From an uncultured Clostridia bacterium (GTDB taxonomy: Bacteria > Bacillota > Clostridia > TANB77 > CAG-508), in NCBI GenBank assembly GCA_947631225.1, contig CANRKM010000054.1, positions 1 through 48,867 of the forward strand: a stretch of DNA of 48,867 nucleotides, written 5' to 3'. The position numbers were made by a program, and so were the translations under genes. The notes under the pieces are model-generated. The model saw nothing but the letters and a program-made list of their open reading frames with translations. It searched no databases and was not told the DNA's origin. Below, in pieces: positions 8,847 through 18,859 of this stretch. Numbering within the stretch: position 1 is the stretch's first letter; each line of letters begins with the position of its first letter.

Positions 8847-9596
8847 TTAATTTTCTATTCTCTTAAATACTATTTCTTCTAAAACAGAATATTCTTTTCC
8901 AACTCGTCCATTTTCTACAATACTGTCGTTTGGAACTTTTAGTATTATATTTTCTGCTTTAAAAACTTTTCCAGAATCTAAAGTAATTGTTATATCAAAT
9001 GCAACTTCTGCATTTATACTTGTTTCATCTATATTTAATTTTTTTAATAAATAATCATAATTAATTTCTGTATCGTCATTTGACAAATATGTACCAATAT
9101 TGTTTAAACCACATCTAAAATTCAGTACTCCCCCTTGATTAGATATTTGTAATTTTTTTGTATCTGTAGTATTAGATCCAATAAATTCTAACTCATTTAC
9201 TACATAATCGTCAATATTCTCAAAAAGTAATTTGTCATTTGCAGTTTGTTTATAAATTTTTATTTCTCCAATTTGAGGCTTTTTTATTATATTGAAATTA
9301 TCAATTTTAACAGATGATATTGTTTCCTTTTTTTTATATTGTTCGTTTTTTTCCACATAAATATATATATCATTATTAACCATTATGTTTTTATTCCATT
9401 TATATTCAGAATTTTCCACATTTTGTCCATCAGTTGAGGATATCACAGAAATTTTTTGTACTTGAAATGGCATATTGGTTTCACCTTTTACATTATAATT
9501 TAAAATAAACATTACTGCAATAAATACTATAACTACTATTATTACACATATAATACAAATATGAAAAATTCTTTTACTTAATCTTTGATTAGCCAT
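8847..9596 (-). CDS. hypothetical membrane-anchored protein
   Basis: 249 aa with one N-terminal TM helix and no motif I recognise. It overlaps the tadA stop by 8 nt, suggesting translational coupling. Confidence 0.6.
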   Translation of the reverse strand: MANQRLSKRIFHICIICVIIVVIVFIAVMFILNYNVKGETNMPFQVQKISVISSTDGQNVENSEYKWNKNIMVNNDIYIYVEKNEQYKKKETISSVKIDNFNIIKKPQIGEIKIYKQTANDKLLFENIDDYVVNELEFIGSNTTDTKKLQISNQGGVLNFRCGLNNIGTYLSNDDTEINYDYLLKKLNIDETSINAEVAFDITITLDSGKVFKAENIILKVPNDSIVENGRVGKEYSVLEEIVFKRIEN

Positions 9597-10074
9597 TTTT
9601 TACCTCTTTTTCTTTACACTTTTCTTCCCTAAGTTTCACAAAAAAATCTTGTAATAAAGTTTTACAGTTATTAGCTAATATTCCTGTTTCAAATAGAACA
9701 TCGTGGTTAAATTTGTAATCTGTAAATAAATTAAGTTTGGAACCAACAGCACCGGTCTTTTCATCAACAGCTCCTATATATACTTTTCTAATTCTAGAAT
9801 TTATTATTGCACCAGCACACATTGGGCATGGCTCTAGCGTTACATACATATCACAATCTATTAATCTCCATGATTTTAGTTTTTTACTTGCTTTTTGTAT
9901 TGCTAAAATTTCTGCATGTTTTGTTGTATCATATTGGGTTTCTTTTTGATTATATGACCTAGCTATAATTTTTCCGTCTTTTACTATTACTGCACCCACT
10001 GGAACTTCTAGTTTTTCGTATGCTTTTTTGGCTTCTTTTATAGCTTCTTTCATATATTTTTCTTTTTCTTGCAA
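9589..10074 (-). CDS. tadA: tRNA adenosine(34) deaminase
   Basis: 161 aa with the CDA zinc motifs HAE and PCPMCAGA, in the conserved position next to ffs/dnaX. Confidence 0.9.
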   Translation of the reverse strand: MQEKEKYMKEAIKEAKKAYEKLEVPVGAVIVKDGKIIARSYNQKETQYDTTKHAEILAIQKASKKLKSWRLIDCDMYVTLEPCPMCAGAIINSRIRKVYIGAVDEKTGAVGSKLNLFTDYKFNHDVLFETGILANNCKTLLQDFFVKLREEKCKEKEVKNG

Positions 10075-10096
10075 ATTTAATACTCCTTAAATTTAA

Positions 10097-10172
10097 TGGT
10101 GTTCCTATGCGGACTCGAACCACAATCGGTTGCTTAGGAGGCAACTGCTCTATCCTGCTGAGCTATAGGAAC
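10097..10172 (-). tRNA. tRNA-Arg (anticodon CCU)
   Basis: Cloverleaf read by hand: acceptor GTTCCTA/TAGGAAC, D arm GCTC..GAGC, anticodon arm GTTGC-CTCCTAA-GCAAC, T loop TTCGAGT, and an encoded CCA. Confidence 0.9.
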
Positions 10173-10285
10173 ATCGTATATATATTATATCAACATAAAT
10201 AAAAAAAGTCAACTTAAAAAAATCTTTGCTAATGAGCTACATTTTATAATTTTATATATTCATTCTTTATTCAATAATATATTAT

Positions 10286-11245
10286 TTATAAAAGCATAAT
10301 TTTTTCTTCTTTATTCCCCTTATCAAATTCTTTTAGAACACTTTGATATTGAAAATATTTTTCATATAATAATTTTATTTTTTCTCTATCATAATTTTCA
10401 TAACAATGATGTTTGTTAATCGCTATATGTTTACATCCTTCTTCAAATTCTTTATCCCCTGCTAAAAGCCATTTTAAATTATTTTGAGTTAACATCCATG
10501 TAACATCGACATTATACCATTTTGTACCGATCTTTACCTGATTCCAAGCATGATCCGTTTTCTTCATAATACTAACACTAGATAGTTTGTCGTCCTGTTT
10601 TCCTTCGGATATACCTCTAACAAGCTTGCATTCTATCCCTAATACTTCTAGGCATTTATATAATGTAATTGCAAAATCAATACATACTCCCGTACCTAAT
10701 AAAATAGCATTTGCCATACATGTTCTATTATCTTTATAATCAACATACTTGATATATTTGAGTAGTTGAGTTATTATAAAAATTGTTTGTTCATCTTGTT
10801 GTTTAAAATTTTTCTTACATATTTTAGTTAAAAAAAATATTTTTTCCATTATTAACACATATGTATTTATATCACATAAAAAAACTTCATTTTTTGCGTT
10901 ATAATTTTTAGTTTCTATATATTGTGTGCTTATAAATATTTTTTTACCTATATTTTGCAATGATATAATCTCTTCATCTTTTAATAAATTTTCTTCTTCA
11001 TATATTTCAATTTCTTTATTTGGAAATTCTTTTACTATGGCTTTTACTTCTTTAATATTTTTTATTCCAGAAGTTTGTATTTTTAGTATAATACCTTTGA
11101 ATTTAGGTACTAAATATAAATATTTTAAATCTTTTTTAGTATTTATTATTATATATTTGTTTGACTTTTCTAATTTATTATAATAATTTTTATATTTCAT
11201 TCTATTAATTTTTATTATTATTTTTAAATTTAAATTTTCAAACAT
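10286..11245 (-). CDS. transglutaminase-like domain protein
   Basis: 319 aa with a Cys-His-Asp core pattern: GTGVCIDFA...DHAWNQV...WYNVDVTW. Confidence 0.7.
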   Translation of the reverse strand: MFENLNLKIIIKINRMKYKNYYNKLEKSNKYIIINTKKDLKYLYLVPKFKGIILKIQTSGIKNIKEVKAIVKEFPNKEIEIYEEENLLKDEEIISLQNIGKKIFISTQYIETKNYNAKNEVFLCDINTYVLIMEKIFFLTKICKKNFKQQDEQTIFIITQLLKYIKYVDYKDNRTCMANAILLGTGVCIDFAITLYKCLEVLGIECKLVRGISEGKQDDKLSSVSIMKKTDHAWNQVKIGTKWYNVDVTWMLTQNNLKWLLAGDKEFEEGCKHIAINKHHCYENYDREKIKLLYEKYFQYQSVLKEFDKGNKEEKIMLL

Positions 11246-11284
11246 AATTTCACCTATTATTTCTTACCATTATTTAAATGTCAT

Positions 11285-11329
11285 ATTTAACCCTATTTTA
11301 TTTAACCCTATTTTATTTAACCATATTTT
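11285..11329. repeat. 3 x 15-bp tandem repeat spanning the phosphosugar-mutase stop codon
   Basis: atttaaccctatttt (11285-11299), atttaaccctatttt (11300-11314) and atttaaccatatttt (11315-11329). Confidence 0.8.
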
Positions 11330-13046
11330 TCATCGCTTGTTTTAATTCTTCTAAATCTGCTTTAGCTTTTTCCATAGTATTGGCTTTTACCCCCATATAA
11401 AGCTTAATTTTTGGCTCTGTACCAGATGGTCTTATACAACACCAAGAATCATTTTCAAGTAAATAATATAAAACATTAGATGTAGGAAGCCCTGTTGAAA
11501 AAGTTTTTCCTGTTAGCATATTTTTTCCAATATCAAACTTTATATCTTTAAATTCTTGGACTCTATATTTCCCTATAGTTTGAGGCAAATTTTGTCTCAT
11601 ATTTTCCATCATTAAATCAATTTTTTGAGCACCTTCTGAACCTTCTAATACTATTGAAACCTGTCCTTCTTGATAGTATCCATATTTTTCATAAATATTT
11701 ATCATTTGATCCCATAGTGTAATTCCTTTATGTTTATAATAACATGCTGCCTCACATAAACTCATTACAGCAGAGATTCCATCTTTATCTCTTGCATAGT
11801 CTGCAATTAGACAACCATAGCTTTCTTCGAAACCAAATACATATTTTTTTCCATTTTCTTTTTGTTCTTCTATTTTTATTTGCTCACCAATATTTTTGAA
11901 GCCCGTCAAGACTTCTCTAAAATCTAAATTATATTCTCTTGCAATAGCTTTTGCTAAATTTGATGAAACTATTGTAGAAATAAACATTCCATTTTTAGGT
12001 AAAATATTTTTTTCCTTCATCTGTGAAAGCCTATATTCCGCAATAAGTAAAGCCGACATATTTCCTGTATAATCCATATATTCATTTGTTTTACTATCTT
12101 TTGCATATATTCCAAGTCTATCTGCATCTGGATCATTTGCTAAAACTATATCTGCATCTATTTCTTTTGCTAAATCTAAAGCCATTTTAAATGCTTCTTT
12201 TGCTTCTGGGTTAGGGTAATCTACAGTTGGAAATTCTCCATTTGGTTTTTCTTGTTCTGGTACAACATATAAATTTTGCATACCAATTTCTTTTAATATT
12301 CTTTTTACCATTTCTCCTCCTGCCCCATGAAGAGGTGTATAAACAACTTTTAAGCTTTTTCCTTCTTCCCTAACGATTTCAGGATTTAGTATATTGGATT
12401 TTAATATATTTATATATTTATCATCTATTTCTTTTCCTATTACATTGTATAGCCCTTTATTTTCTGCTTCTTCCTTAGAAATTTCTTTAATAGATTTATA
12501 ATCTGTAATTGCTTTAACTTCATCCATTATTTCTTTATCCACTGGACTTATTATTTGTGAACCATCATCCCAATACACTTTATACCCATTATATTGTGGT
12601 TTATTATGGCTTGCAGTTATCATTACTCCAGCAGTACATCCAAGTTCTCTAACAGCATAAGAAAGCTCAGGTACAGGTCTTAGGTGATCAAATATATATG
12701 TTTTTATTCCGTTTGCATTTAGAACTAATGCTGTTTCTTTACTAAATTCTGGTGACATACGTCTTGAATCATAGCTTATGGCAACTCCTTTGTCTTGAAC
12801 ACCTTTTTTTAATATGTAATTTGCTAAACCTTGTGTTGCTTTTCCAACAGTATATTTATTCATTCTATTTGTTCCACTACCAATTATCCCTCTTAATCCT
12901 GCTGTTCCAAATTCTAGTTCCTTGTAAAATCTATCTTCAATTTCTTTTTCATTATCTTTAATTTTTAAAAGTTCTTCTTTTGTCTCATTATCAAAGGCAT
13001 CACTTTCACACCATTTCTTGTATTCTTCTAAATAATTCATTTTCAT
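11313..13046 (-). CDS. phosphoglucomutase/phosphomannomutase family (PgcA-like phospho-sugar mutase)
   Basis: 577 aa with the active-site loop TASHNKPQYNGYKV and the Mg site DPDADR. Confidence 0.9.
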   Translation of the reverse strand: MKMNYLEEYKKWCESDAFDNETKEELLKIKDNEKEIEDRFYKELEFGTAGLRGIIGSGTNRMNKYTVGKATQGLANYILKKGVQDKGVAISYDSRRMSPEFSKETALVLNANGIKTYIFDHLRPVPELSYAVRELGCTAGVMITASHNKPQYNGYKVYWDDGSQIISPVDKEIMDEVKAITDYKSIKEISKEEAENKGLYNVIGKEIDDKYINILKSNILNPEIVREEGKSLKVVYTPLHGAGGEMVKRILKEIGMQNLYVVPEQEKPNGEFPTVDYPNPEAKEAFKMALDLAKEIDADIVLANDPDADRLGIYAKDSKTNEYMDYTGNMSALLIAEYRLSQMKEKNILPKNGMFISTIVSSNLAKAIAREYNLDFREVLTGFKNIGEQIKIEEQKENGKKYVFGFEESYGCLIADYARDKDGISAVMSLCEAACYYKHKGITLWDQMINIYEKYGYYQEGQVSIVLEGSEGAQKIDLMMENMRQNLPQTIGKYRVQEFKDIKFDIGKNMLTGKTFSTGLPTSNVLYYLLENDSWCCIRPSGTEPKIKLYMGVKANTMEKAKADLEELKQAMKNMVK

Positions 13047-13138
13047 CTCCTCCTTTTTTACTTATTATACTTTATTAAAATAAATTTATCAAGAAAATTT
13101 TGTGCTTTTATAATTTAGACTGTTTATAAAAACTACAA

Positions 13139-13177
13139 TAAAGCCCCAAATTATTATTTAAATAACTTGGGGCTTTA
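13139..13177. terminator. bidirectional rho-independent terminator
   Basis: The stem aaagccccaa pairs with ttggggcttt across a 17-nt loop. Confidence 0.6.
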
Positions 13178-13179
13178 TA

Positions 13180-14418
13180 TTAATTTAATTTATAAAAATT
13201 TTTATATAATTTTCTTGCAGTTTCTGGGCTATCTACACCAGTTGCATTTTTAACAGGTGCAAATTCTTCTTCTCTTTTCACTCTAAGTATTGCCATATCA
13301 TCAACTTCACCAAATGCATCAAACAAAAATGCTTCAAATTTATATGCATTTGGAGTGTCTGGTACAACAACCTTTCCATTTTTATCTAAATATGTTGCTT
13401 TTTTAAATGCTGAATGATACGGAAGTGGCTCTTTTCCCATCCTTTCTATTGCTGATATATTAAATAAATTGCATAATATATGAGATTCACCATATAATAA
13501 ATTTCCATTTTCATCGGTTGCCTCTGCCATTTCATCTGTAATTTCAGAATACTCTATAACACTTGGTCTTCCATTTTTTTTGCAAAATGCTCCAACTTTC
13601 TCATGCGGATTAGCTTTAACCACTGATTTACCTGCTGCAGTAACATTTTTATCTATGGCAATTCCCATAAGTATAGGGTCTACCATTTTTACCAAACAGT
13701 TATCTACTCCACCTATGAAAACCCATTCTATTCCTAATTCTTTCATTTTATCAACCATACCACTTTTTAGTAATGATTCATAAACTCCTCCATGACCATC
13801 TGCTGCTTCTTTTACTAAACCATCTTCACCTATCAAAATCTTTCCTTCTGTGTCTATCATTGGCAATTCACCCTGAATGAAAAAATGAATATTTTTTTCA
13901 TACCCAAAATATTTATTTTTCTTAAAAAAATCTATGGTTTCAGCATTATTTTCTCTACTCGTCATAATAAACCATGGTATTTGAACATCATATTTTTTAG
14001 ATTCTTCTTTTAAATAATCACATAAAAGTTCAAATAATGATTTGTGACAATCTAATCCTATATCATATGTTCCTTTAGGTCCACTATGTCCAAGTCTCGT
14101 TCCTTGCCCACCTGCCATAGTAACTGCAGCCAATTTTCCTTCTTTTATTGCTTTTTTTCCTATTTCTTCATAATATTTATATTCTTCATTTAGTTTGTAT
14201 TTATCAATAAAGTCAATTGGTTCTATTTTTGATTCTTCATGATTGAACCCTTTCTTAGTTTTTTCATACAAACTATTTATAAGTTCGTAATCAATTCTAT
14301 TAAGTTGTTCTAATAATTTTTCCTGCATTTTTTCATCTAATAAATCATAAAAATTTAAAAGGTGCTCTTGACCATATTTTTTTAGTTTATGTCTTATTTC
14401 TTCTATATTATATTCCAT
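13180..14418 (-). CDS. UDP-sugar pyrophosphorylase (UDPGP/UAP1 family uridylyltransferase)
   Basis: Motif MAGGQGTRLG...PKG and later GGHGGV. I prefer the start at ATG 14416-14418 (RBS GGGAGA) over the track's upstream TTG. Confidence 0.8.
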   Translation of the reverse strand: MEYNIEEIRHKLKKYGQEHLLNFYDLLDEKMQEKLLEQLNRIDYELINSLYEKTKKGFNHEESKIEPIDFIDKYKLNEEYKYYEEIGKKAIKEGKLAAVTMAGGQGTRLGHSGPKGTYDIGLDCHKSLFELLCDYLKEESKKYDVQIPWFIMTSRENNAETIDFFKKNKYFGYEKNIHFFIQGELPMIDTEGKILIGEDGLVKEAADGHGGVYESLLKSGMVDKMKELGIEWVFIGGVDNCLVKMVDPILMGIAIDKNVTAAGKSVVKANPHEKVGAFCKKNGRPSVIEYSEITDEMAEATDENGNLLYGESHILCNLFNISAIERMGKEPLPYHSAFKKATYLDKNGKVVVPDTPNAYKFEAFLFDAFGEVDDMAILRVKREEEFAPVKNATGVDSPETARKLYKNFYKLN

Positions 14419-14523
14419 ATTTTTTCTCCCTTCTCTATTGTGCTTCAATATAACCTATAATATAAAAATTTAATAGTATCCAATCAAATATACACCTTTT
14501 TTTTATTTTTATCAATACTTTTT

Positions 14524-14967
14524 TTAATTTTTTACATATCTAGTATTTAAAATCTCATCATATTTTTTCTCCAGTCCCGCTGTTTCTATGTTATTTTTAC
14601 TGATATTATAACAATCTATTATTTTTATATTTTGTAAATTTAATTTTTTTATATTTTTATTAATTTTTTCTATATATTCAACGCCTCCATTTATTATAAC
14701 TATTGATTTTTCAAGTTTTTCTCTACTTATTTCTTCTTTTATCTTTTCATTCCAATTTAAATTTAATATTTTATTTTTATCCTCTTTGTTAAAATTTATT
14801 CTTTCTAATAATAATTTTACACTGTCTTTTAAATTATATTCTGTAAATATTACAATCTTACATTTATTAATATTGCTTTTTATATAAGGCAATAATATCA
14901 TTTCTAAATGAAAATCACTAACATAAAAACAACAATATTTCTTAGTGTCGTGCTCTTTTGTAACCAT
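14524..14967 (-). CDS. hypothetical protein
   Basis: 147-aa ORF with no recognisable motif and coding-like composition. Confidence 0.5.
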   Translation of the reverse strand: MVTKEHDTKKYCCFYVSDFHLEMILLPYIKSNINKCKIVIFTEYNLKDSVKLLLERINFNKEDKNKILNLNWNEKIKEEISREKLEKSIVIINGGVEYIEKINKNIKKLNLQNIKIIDCYNISKNNIETAGLEKKYDEILNTRYVKN

Positions 14968-15195
14968 TAATCATCATCCTTTCATCTTGGTAAATTTTAC
15001 CATTATTTCAAAAATATGTCAATAATATTTCAATTAAATTTCATTGACTTTTTACGACAAACTACAAAATATAGTTAAAATGTATATTCTTTTTAAAACT
15101 TGTAAATAATTACATTAAAGACATTTTTTTAGAAACAAATTGAAAAAAATATTTTTTCATAATTATATGTTTCTTTTAAATGAAGCAAGAAAGGA

Positions 15196-15861
15196 ATGAA
15201 ATTTAGTATGAATAATTTTTTTAAAAAAAGTAAAATTTTTATTTTATTAATTATTTTACTATGTTTATATATTTTTTTAAGTGCATATTCATATGTTAAT
15301 CTTATATCAAATGATTTACGAAATAATGTTTTTAGATTACATGTAATTGCAAATAGCAATTCTGAAGAAGATCAAAATTTAAAGTATGTTGTTAGAGATA
15401 ATTTAATTAAATATATGAATTCAATTTGCGATAATATATCTTCTAAAGAGGAAGCTATTAAAATAGTTTCTTCCCATTTAACTGATTTTACAAATATTGC
15501 AAATAAAACAATTAAAGAAAGTGGTTTTTCTTATAATGCTAATGTAGAAATAGGTAACTTTAATTTTCCTACCAAAACTTATGCGGATATATCTTTCCCA
15601 TCTGGATATTATGATGCTTTAAAAGTAAAAATAGGTAAAGCAGAGGGACAAAATTGGTGGTGTGTATTATACCCGGCCCTATGTTTTGTTGATGTTACAT
15701 CTGGATTTGTACCAAAAGAATCTAAAGAAGAGCTTGAAAATAATTTAACATCTGAGGAGTATCAACTAATATCTGAAAAAAACAATCCTACAATCAATTT
15801 TAAATTCAAATTAATTGAATTTTTTACACAAAAAAATCTAATTACTGCGAAAAACCAATAA
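15196..15861 (+). CDS. spoIIR: stage II sporulation protein R
   Basis: 221 aa with a signal/TM N-terminus and the hallmark FRLHVIANSNSEEDQNLKYVVRDNL block. The start could instead be the ATG at 15208. Confidence 0.85.
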   Translation: MKFSMNNFFKKSKIFILLIILLCLYIFLSAYSYVNLISNDLRNNVFRLHVIANSNSEEDQNLKYVVRDNLIKYMNSICDNISSKEEAIKIVSSHLTDFTNIANKTIKESGFSYNANVEIGNFNFPTKTYADISFPSGYYDALKVKIGKAEGQNWWCVLYPALCFVDVTSGFVPKESKEELENNLTSEEYQLISEKNNPTINFKFKLIEFFTQKNLITAKNQ

Positions 15862-15960
15862 AATATTTTTAAAAATAGTTGTAAAATAATCAAGTTTATG
15901 GTATATTACTTAAGGTGTAAAAAATTAACAAATTAAGATATAATTTTTGGAGGGATACAA

Positions 15961-17223
15961 TTGGAAAAATTAGTAATAACAGGTGGGACCCCTTTAAAAG
16001 GAGAGGTAACCATAAGTGGGGCAAAAAACGCAGCAGTAGCCATTTTACCTGCAACTTTATTAATAAATGGAACTTGTACAATAAACAATTTACCAAATAT
16101 AAGTGATGTAAAAATATATTGTGAGATACTTGAAAAGTTAGGTGCAAAAATCACATGGCATTCTCCAAATGAAATATATATTGACACAAGAAATATTGAA
16201 ACAACTGAGGCTCCATTAGATTTAACAAGCAAATTTCGAGCTTCATATTATCTTTTAGGAAGTCTTCTTGGTAGAAAAGGCTCTGCAACTGTAGGAATGC
16301 CTGGAGGTTGTAAATTAGGAAGCAGACCTATTGATCAGCACATAAAAGCATTTGAAGCATTAGGAGCACATGTTGATATAGGACAAGGAAAAATTGTTGC
16401 TAAGGCAAAAAAATTAAAAGGAAATTCTATATATATGGATATTTCTTCTGTTGGAGCAACAATAAATGCAATTTTAGTTAGTGTTTTATCAGATGGAATA
16501 ACTGTTATTGATAATGCTGCCAAAGAACCACATATAGTTGATGTAGCAAACTTTTTAAATACAATGGGAGCCAATATAAAAGGTGCAGGAACTGATACAA
16601 TAAAAGTAACAGGTGTAAAAGAACTTACTGGGAATGCAGTATACTCAGTTGTTCCTGACCAAATTGAAGCGGGAACATTTATGGTTGCGGCTGTCGCTTC
16701 AAGAGGAGATATATTATTAAAAAATTGCATAACAAAACATTTAGAGGCAATTACAGCAAAAATATGTGAAGTTGGCGGAACCGTAAAAGATTATGGTGAT
16801 TCAATACGTGTATCTTGCACTAGAAGACCATCAAGAGCAACTATAAAAACTCTTCCATATCCAGGTTTTCCTACGGACATGCAATCTCAAATGGGAGTTA
16901 TTCTATCTATAGCTGAGGGAACGAGCATTATAAATGAAAGCATTTGGGAATCTCGTTTTCAATATACAGAAGAACTAAACAAAATGGGAGCTAAAATAAC
17001 TTCTCAAGGAAAAACTGCTATTTTCGAAGGTGTTAAAGAATTAAGGGGCGCCCCTGTTTTTGCATCTGATTTACGTGCTGGTGCAGCATTAATCGTTGCC
17101 GGAATCATAGCAAAAGGTACAACAGAAATTTATAATATAAAATACATTGATAGAGGTTACGAAAATATTGAAGAAAAATTTTGCAAATTAGGAGCTAAAA
17201 TAATAAGAACACAAGAGGATTAA
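15961..17223 (+). CDS. murA: UDP-N-acetylglucosamine 1-carboxyvinyltransferase
   Basis: 420 aa with TTG start; ITGGTPLKGEVTISGAKNAA at the N-terminus, an active-site loop at CKLGSRPID, and the EPSP-synthase-fold family. Confidence 0.95.
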   Translation: MEKLVITGGTPLKGEVTISGAKNAAVAILPATLLINGTCTINNLPNISDVKIYCEILEKLGAKITWHSPNEIYIDTRNIETTEAPLDLTSKFRASYYLLGSLLGRKGSATVGMPGGCKLGSRPIDQHIKAFEALGAHVDIGQGKIVAKAKKLKGNSIYMDISSVGATINAILVSVLSDGITVIDNAAKEPHIVDVANFLNTMGANIKGAGTDTIKVTGVKELTGNAVYSVVPDQIEAGTFMVAAVASRGDILLKNCITKHLEAITAKICEVGGTVKDYGDSIRVSCTRRPSRATIKTLPYPGFPTDMQSQMGVILSIAEGTSIINESIWESRFQYTEELNKMGAKITSQGKTAIFEGVKELRGAPVFASDLRAGAALIVAGIIAKGTTEIYNIKYIDRGYENIEEKFCKLGAKIIRTQED

Positions 17224-17235
17224 GGTGAAATACAT

Positions 17236-18024
17236 ATGTTGAATTTTTGTAGTTTATATAGCGGTAGTAGCGGAAATTGTTCGTTCGTGGAAACAAATAA
17301 CACTAAACTTTTAATAGATAGTGGTGTTAGCTTAAAAAAAGTAAAAGAAGGTTGTGAATTCTTAGATACCTCTCTTTATGATATAGATGCAATTCTTATA
17401 ACTCACGAGCATATTGATCATACACAAAGCCTTGGAAATTTATCTCATAAATATAATATCCCTGTTTATGCAACATCTCAAACTTTTGATGCTATGCCAA
17501 ATCAAACCCAAAAAATATCTGATCAAAACAGAAAAAACATTAATATTAATGAAAAATTTTGTATAGGCGATATTGAAATATTACCTTTTCCAATACCTCA
17601 TGATGCAGCAAACCCATGCGGATATAATATTTTTGCAGATAATAAAAAAATAAGTATTGCAACAGATATTGGGCATATTAATAGTAATATTGTAAAAAAT
17701 ATTGATGGAAGTGAATTTATACTTTTAGAATCAAACTATGATCCAGAAGTATTAAAATGTACTAAATATCCATTTAAATTAAAAAATAGAATTGCAGGTC
17801 CTATAGGACATTTATCTAATCAGGACGCAGGTGAAACAATAAGCTACTTACTAAAATCTGGTTTAAAAAAAGCTGTTTTAGGTCATTTAAGTAAAGAAAG
17901 TAATTTTCCAGCACTTGCGTATCAAACAGTCGTTGATGAATTAATATCTAGTGGAGTTAATTTTAATGATTTTAATCTTACTGTTGCAAATAGAAACACT
18001 CCTAGTAAATTAATACATATTTAA
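17236..18024 (+). CDS. MBL-fold metallo-hydrolase (YycJ/VicX-like)
   Basis: 262 aa with the HEHIDH metal motif and a beta-lactamase-fold pattern. Confidence 0.8.
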   Translation: MLNFCSLYSGSSGNCSFVETNNTKLLIDSGVSLKKVKEGCEFLDTSLYDIDAILITHEHIDHTQSLGNLSHKYNIPVYATSQTFDAMPNQTQKISDQNRKNININEKFCIGDIEILPFPIPHDAANPCGYNIFADNKKISIATDIGHINSNIVKNIDGSEFILLESNYDPEVLKCTKYPFKLKNRIAGPIGHLSNQDAGETISYLLKSGLKKAVLGHLSKESNFPALAYQTVVDELISSGVNFNDFNLTVANRNTPSKLIHI

Positions 18025-18034
18025 TATATATAAA

Positions 18035-18177
18035 TTGTAGAGAAAATAAAATTATAATAGAAAATATAAAAAAATGGAGAAAATCTAGCATAACAAAAAT
18101 AATAATTGGTAGTGTATTATTACTTTTGAATATTAATTTATTTTAAGGGGCAAATTTATTTTTTATTTTCTCTACAA
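18035..18177. repeat. 17-bp perfect inverted repeat enclosing 109 nt, between two convergent genes
   Basis: ttgtagagaaaataaaa (18035-18051) and ttttattttctctacaa (18161-18177). Confidence 0.8.
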
Positions 18178-18188
18178 AATTAAAAACT

Positions 18189-18290
18189 TTATTTTTGGAT
18201 TTCTTTTATTAATTTCTTTGATAATATTTTTATAAGTAATTCTTTGATAATAATAAAAATAATTATAAATAATATTGATTTTAAAATCAT
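18189..18290 (-). CDS. candidate 33-aa hydrophobic/basic peptide
   Basis: My translation is MILKSILFIIIFIIIKELLIKILSKKLIKEIQK*. RBS GAGGAAG (18297-18303) lies 6 nt before the ATG, and a consensus promoter lies about 35 nt upstream. It is absent from the ORF track because of its length. Confidence 0.4.
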   Translation of the reverse strand: MILKSILFIIIFIIIKELLIKILSKKLIKEIQK

Positions 18291-18326
18291 TGAAAACTTC
18301 CTCTGATATAATTTTTTCACAATTAA

Positions 18327-18381
18327 ATAATACAACTTTTTACATAATTTGTCAAGAAAAACTTTTTGACAAAATTCGACA
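18327..18381 (-). promoter_or_regulatory. consensus sigma-A promoter firing leftwards, with an upstream Spo0A-box-like TGTCGAA
   Basis: On the minus strand, TTGACA (18350-18355), a 17-nt spacer and TATTAT (18327-18332). TGTCGAA lies at 18375-18381. Confidence 0.55.
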
Positions 18382-18447
18382 AAATATGCTAATCATTTAC
18401 TTTATAATATTTTTATATATTATTTGGAAAAAATTAGTCGATTTTTG

Positions 18448-18476
18448 TTGACCAAAATATAAAAATGTGGTAATAT
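18448..18476 (+). promoter_or_regulatory. abrB promoter (extended -10)
   Basis: TTGACC (18448-18453), a 17-nt spacer ending in TGg, and TAATAT (18471-18476), about 45 nt before the abrB ATG. Confidence 0.55.
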
Positions 18477-18519
18477 AATATATGAAATTTAAAATATTTT
18501 TATATAGGGGGAACCAATT

Positions 18520-18777
18520 ATGAAATCAACCGGTATAGTTAGAAAATTAGACGAATTAGGTAGAGTGGTAATTCCAAAAGAAATAAGAAATAAATTGGAC
18601 ATAGAGGAAAAAGATCCTATAGAAATTTATATAGATGGAAATTTAATTATTTTGAAAAAATTTGAATTAGGTTGTATTTTTTGCAATAATTCAAAAGACT
18701 TAAGTACATTTAAAGATAAATTAATTTGTAAAAAATGTTTAGATAAAATTACTAGTTTAAATTCAGAAGAAAATTAA
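18520..18777 (+). CDS. abrB: AbrB-family transition-state regulator
   Basis: 85 aa. The N-terminal MKSTGIVRKLDELGRVVIPKEIRNKL is the canonical SpoVT/AbrB swapped-hairpin domain. RBS is GGGGGA. Confidence 0.85.
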   Translation: MKSTGIVRKLDELGRVVIPKEIRNKLDIEEKDPIEIYIDGNLIILKKFELGCIFCNNSKDLSTFKDKLICKKCLDKITSLNSEEN

Positions 18778-18807
18778 TATATAATTAATATATTCTATAT
18801 TTAAAAT

Positions 18808-18846
18808 AAGAAGTCAAATTATAAAATAATTTGGCTTCTTATTTTT
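18808..18846 (+). terminator. rho-independent terminator after abrB
   Basis: aagaagtcaaatt pairs with aatttggcttctt (one mismatch), followed by attttt. Confidence 0.6.
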
Positions 18847-18859
18847 ATATAATTTAATA

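Noticed and set aside
9959-10144. A 61-aa ORF overlapping the tadA start and the tRNA-Arg gene.
   Set aside because: It overlaps a tRNA and a well-supported CDS. It has a basic low-complexity translation and no RBS.
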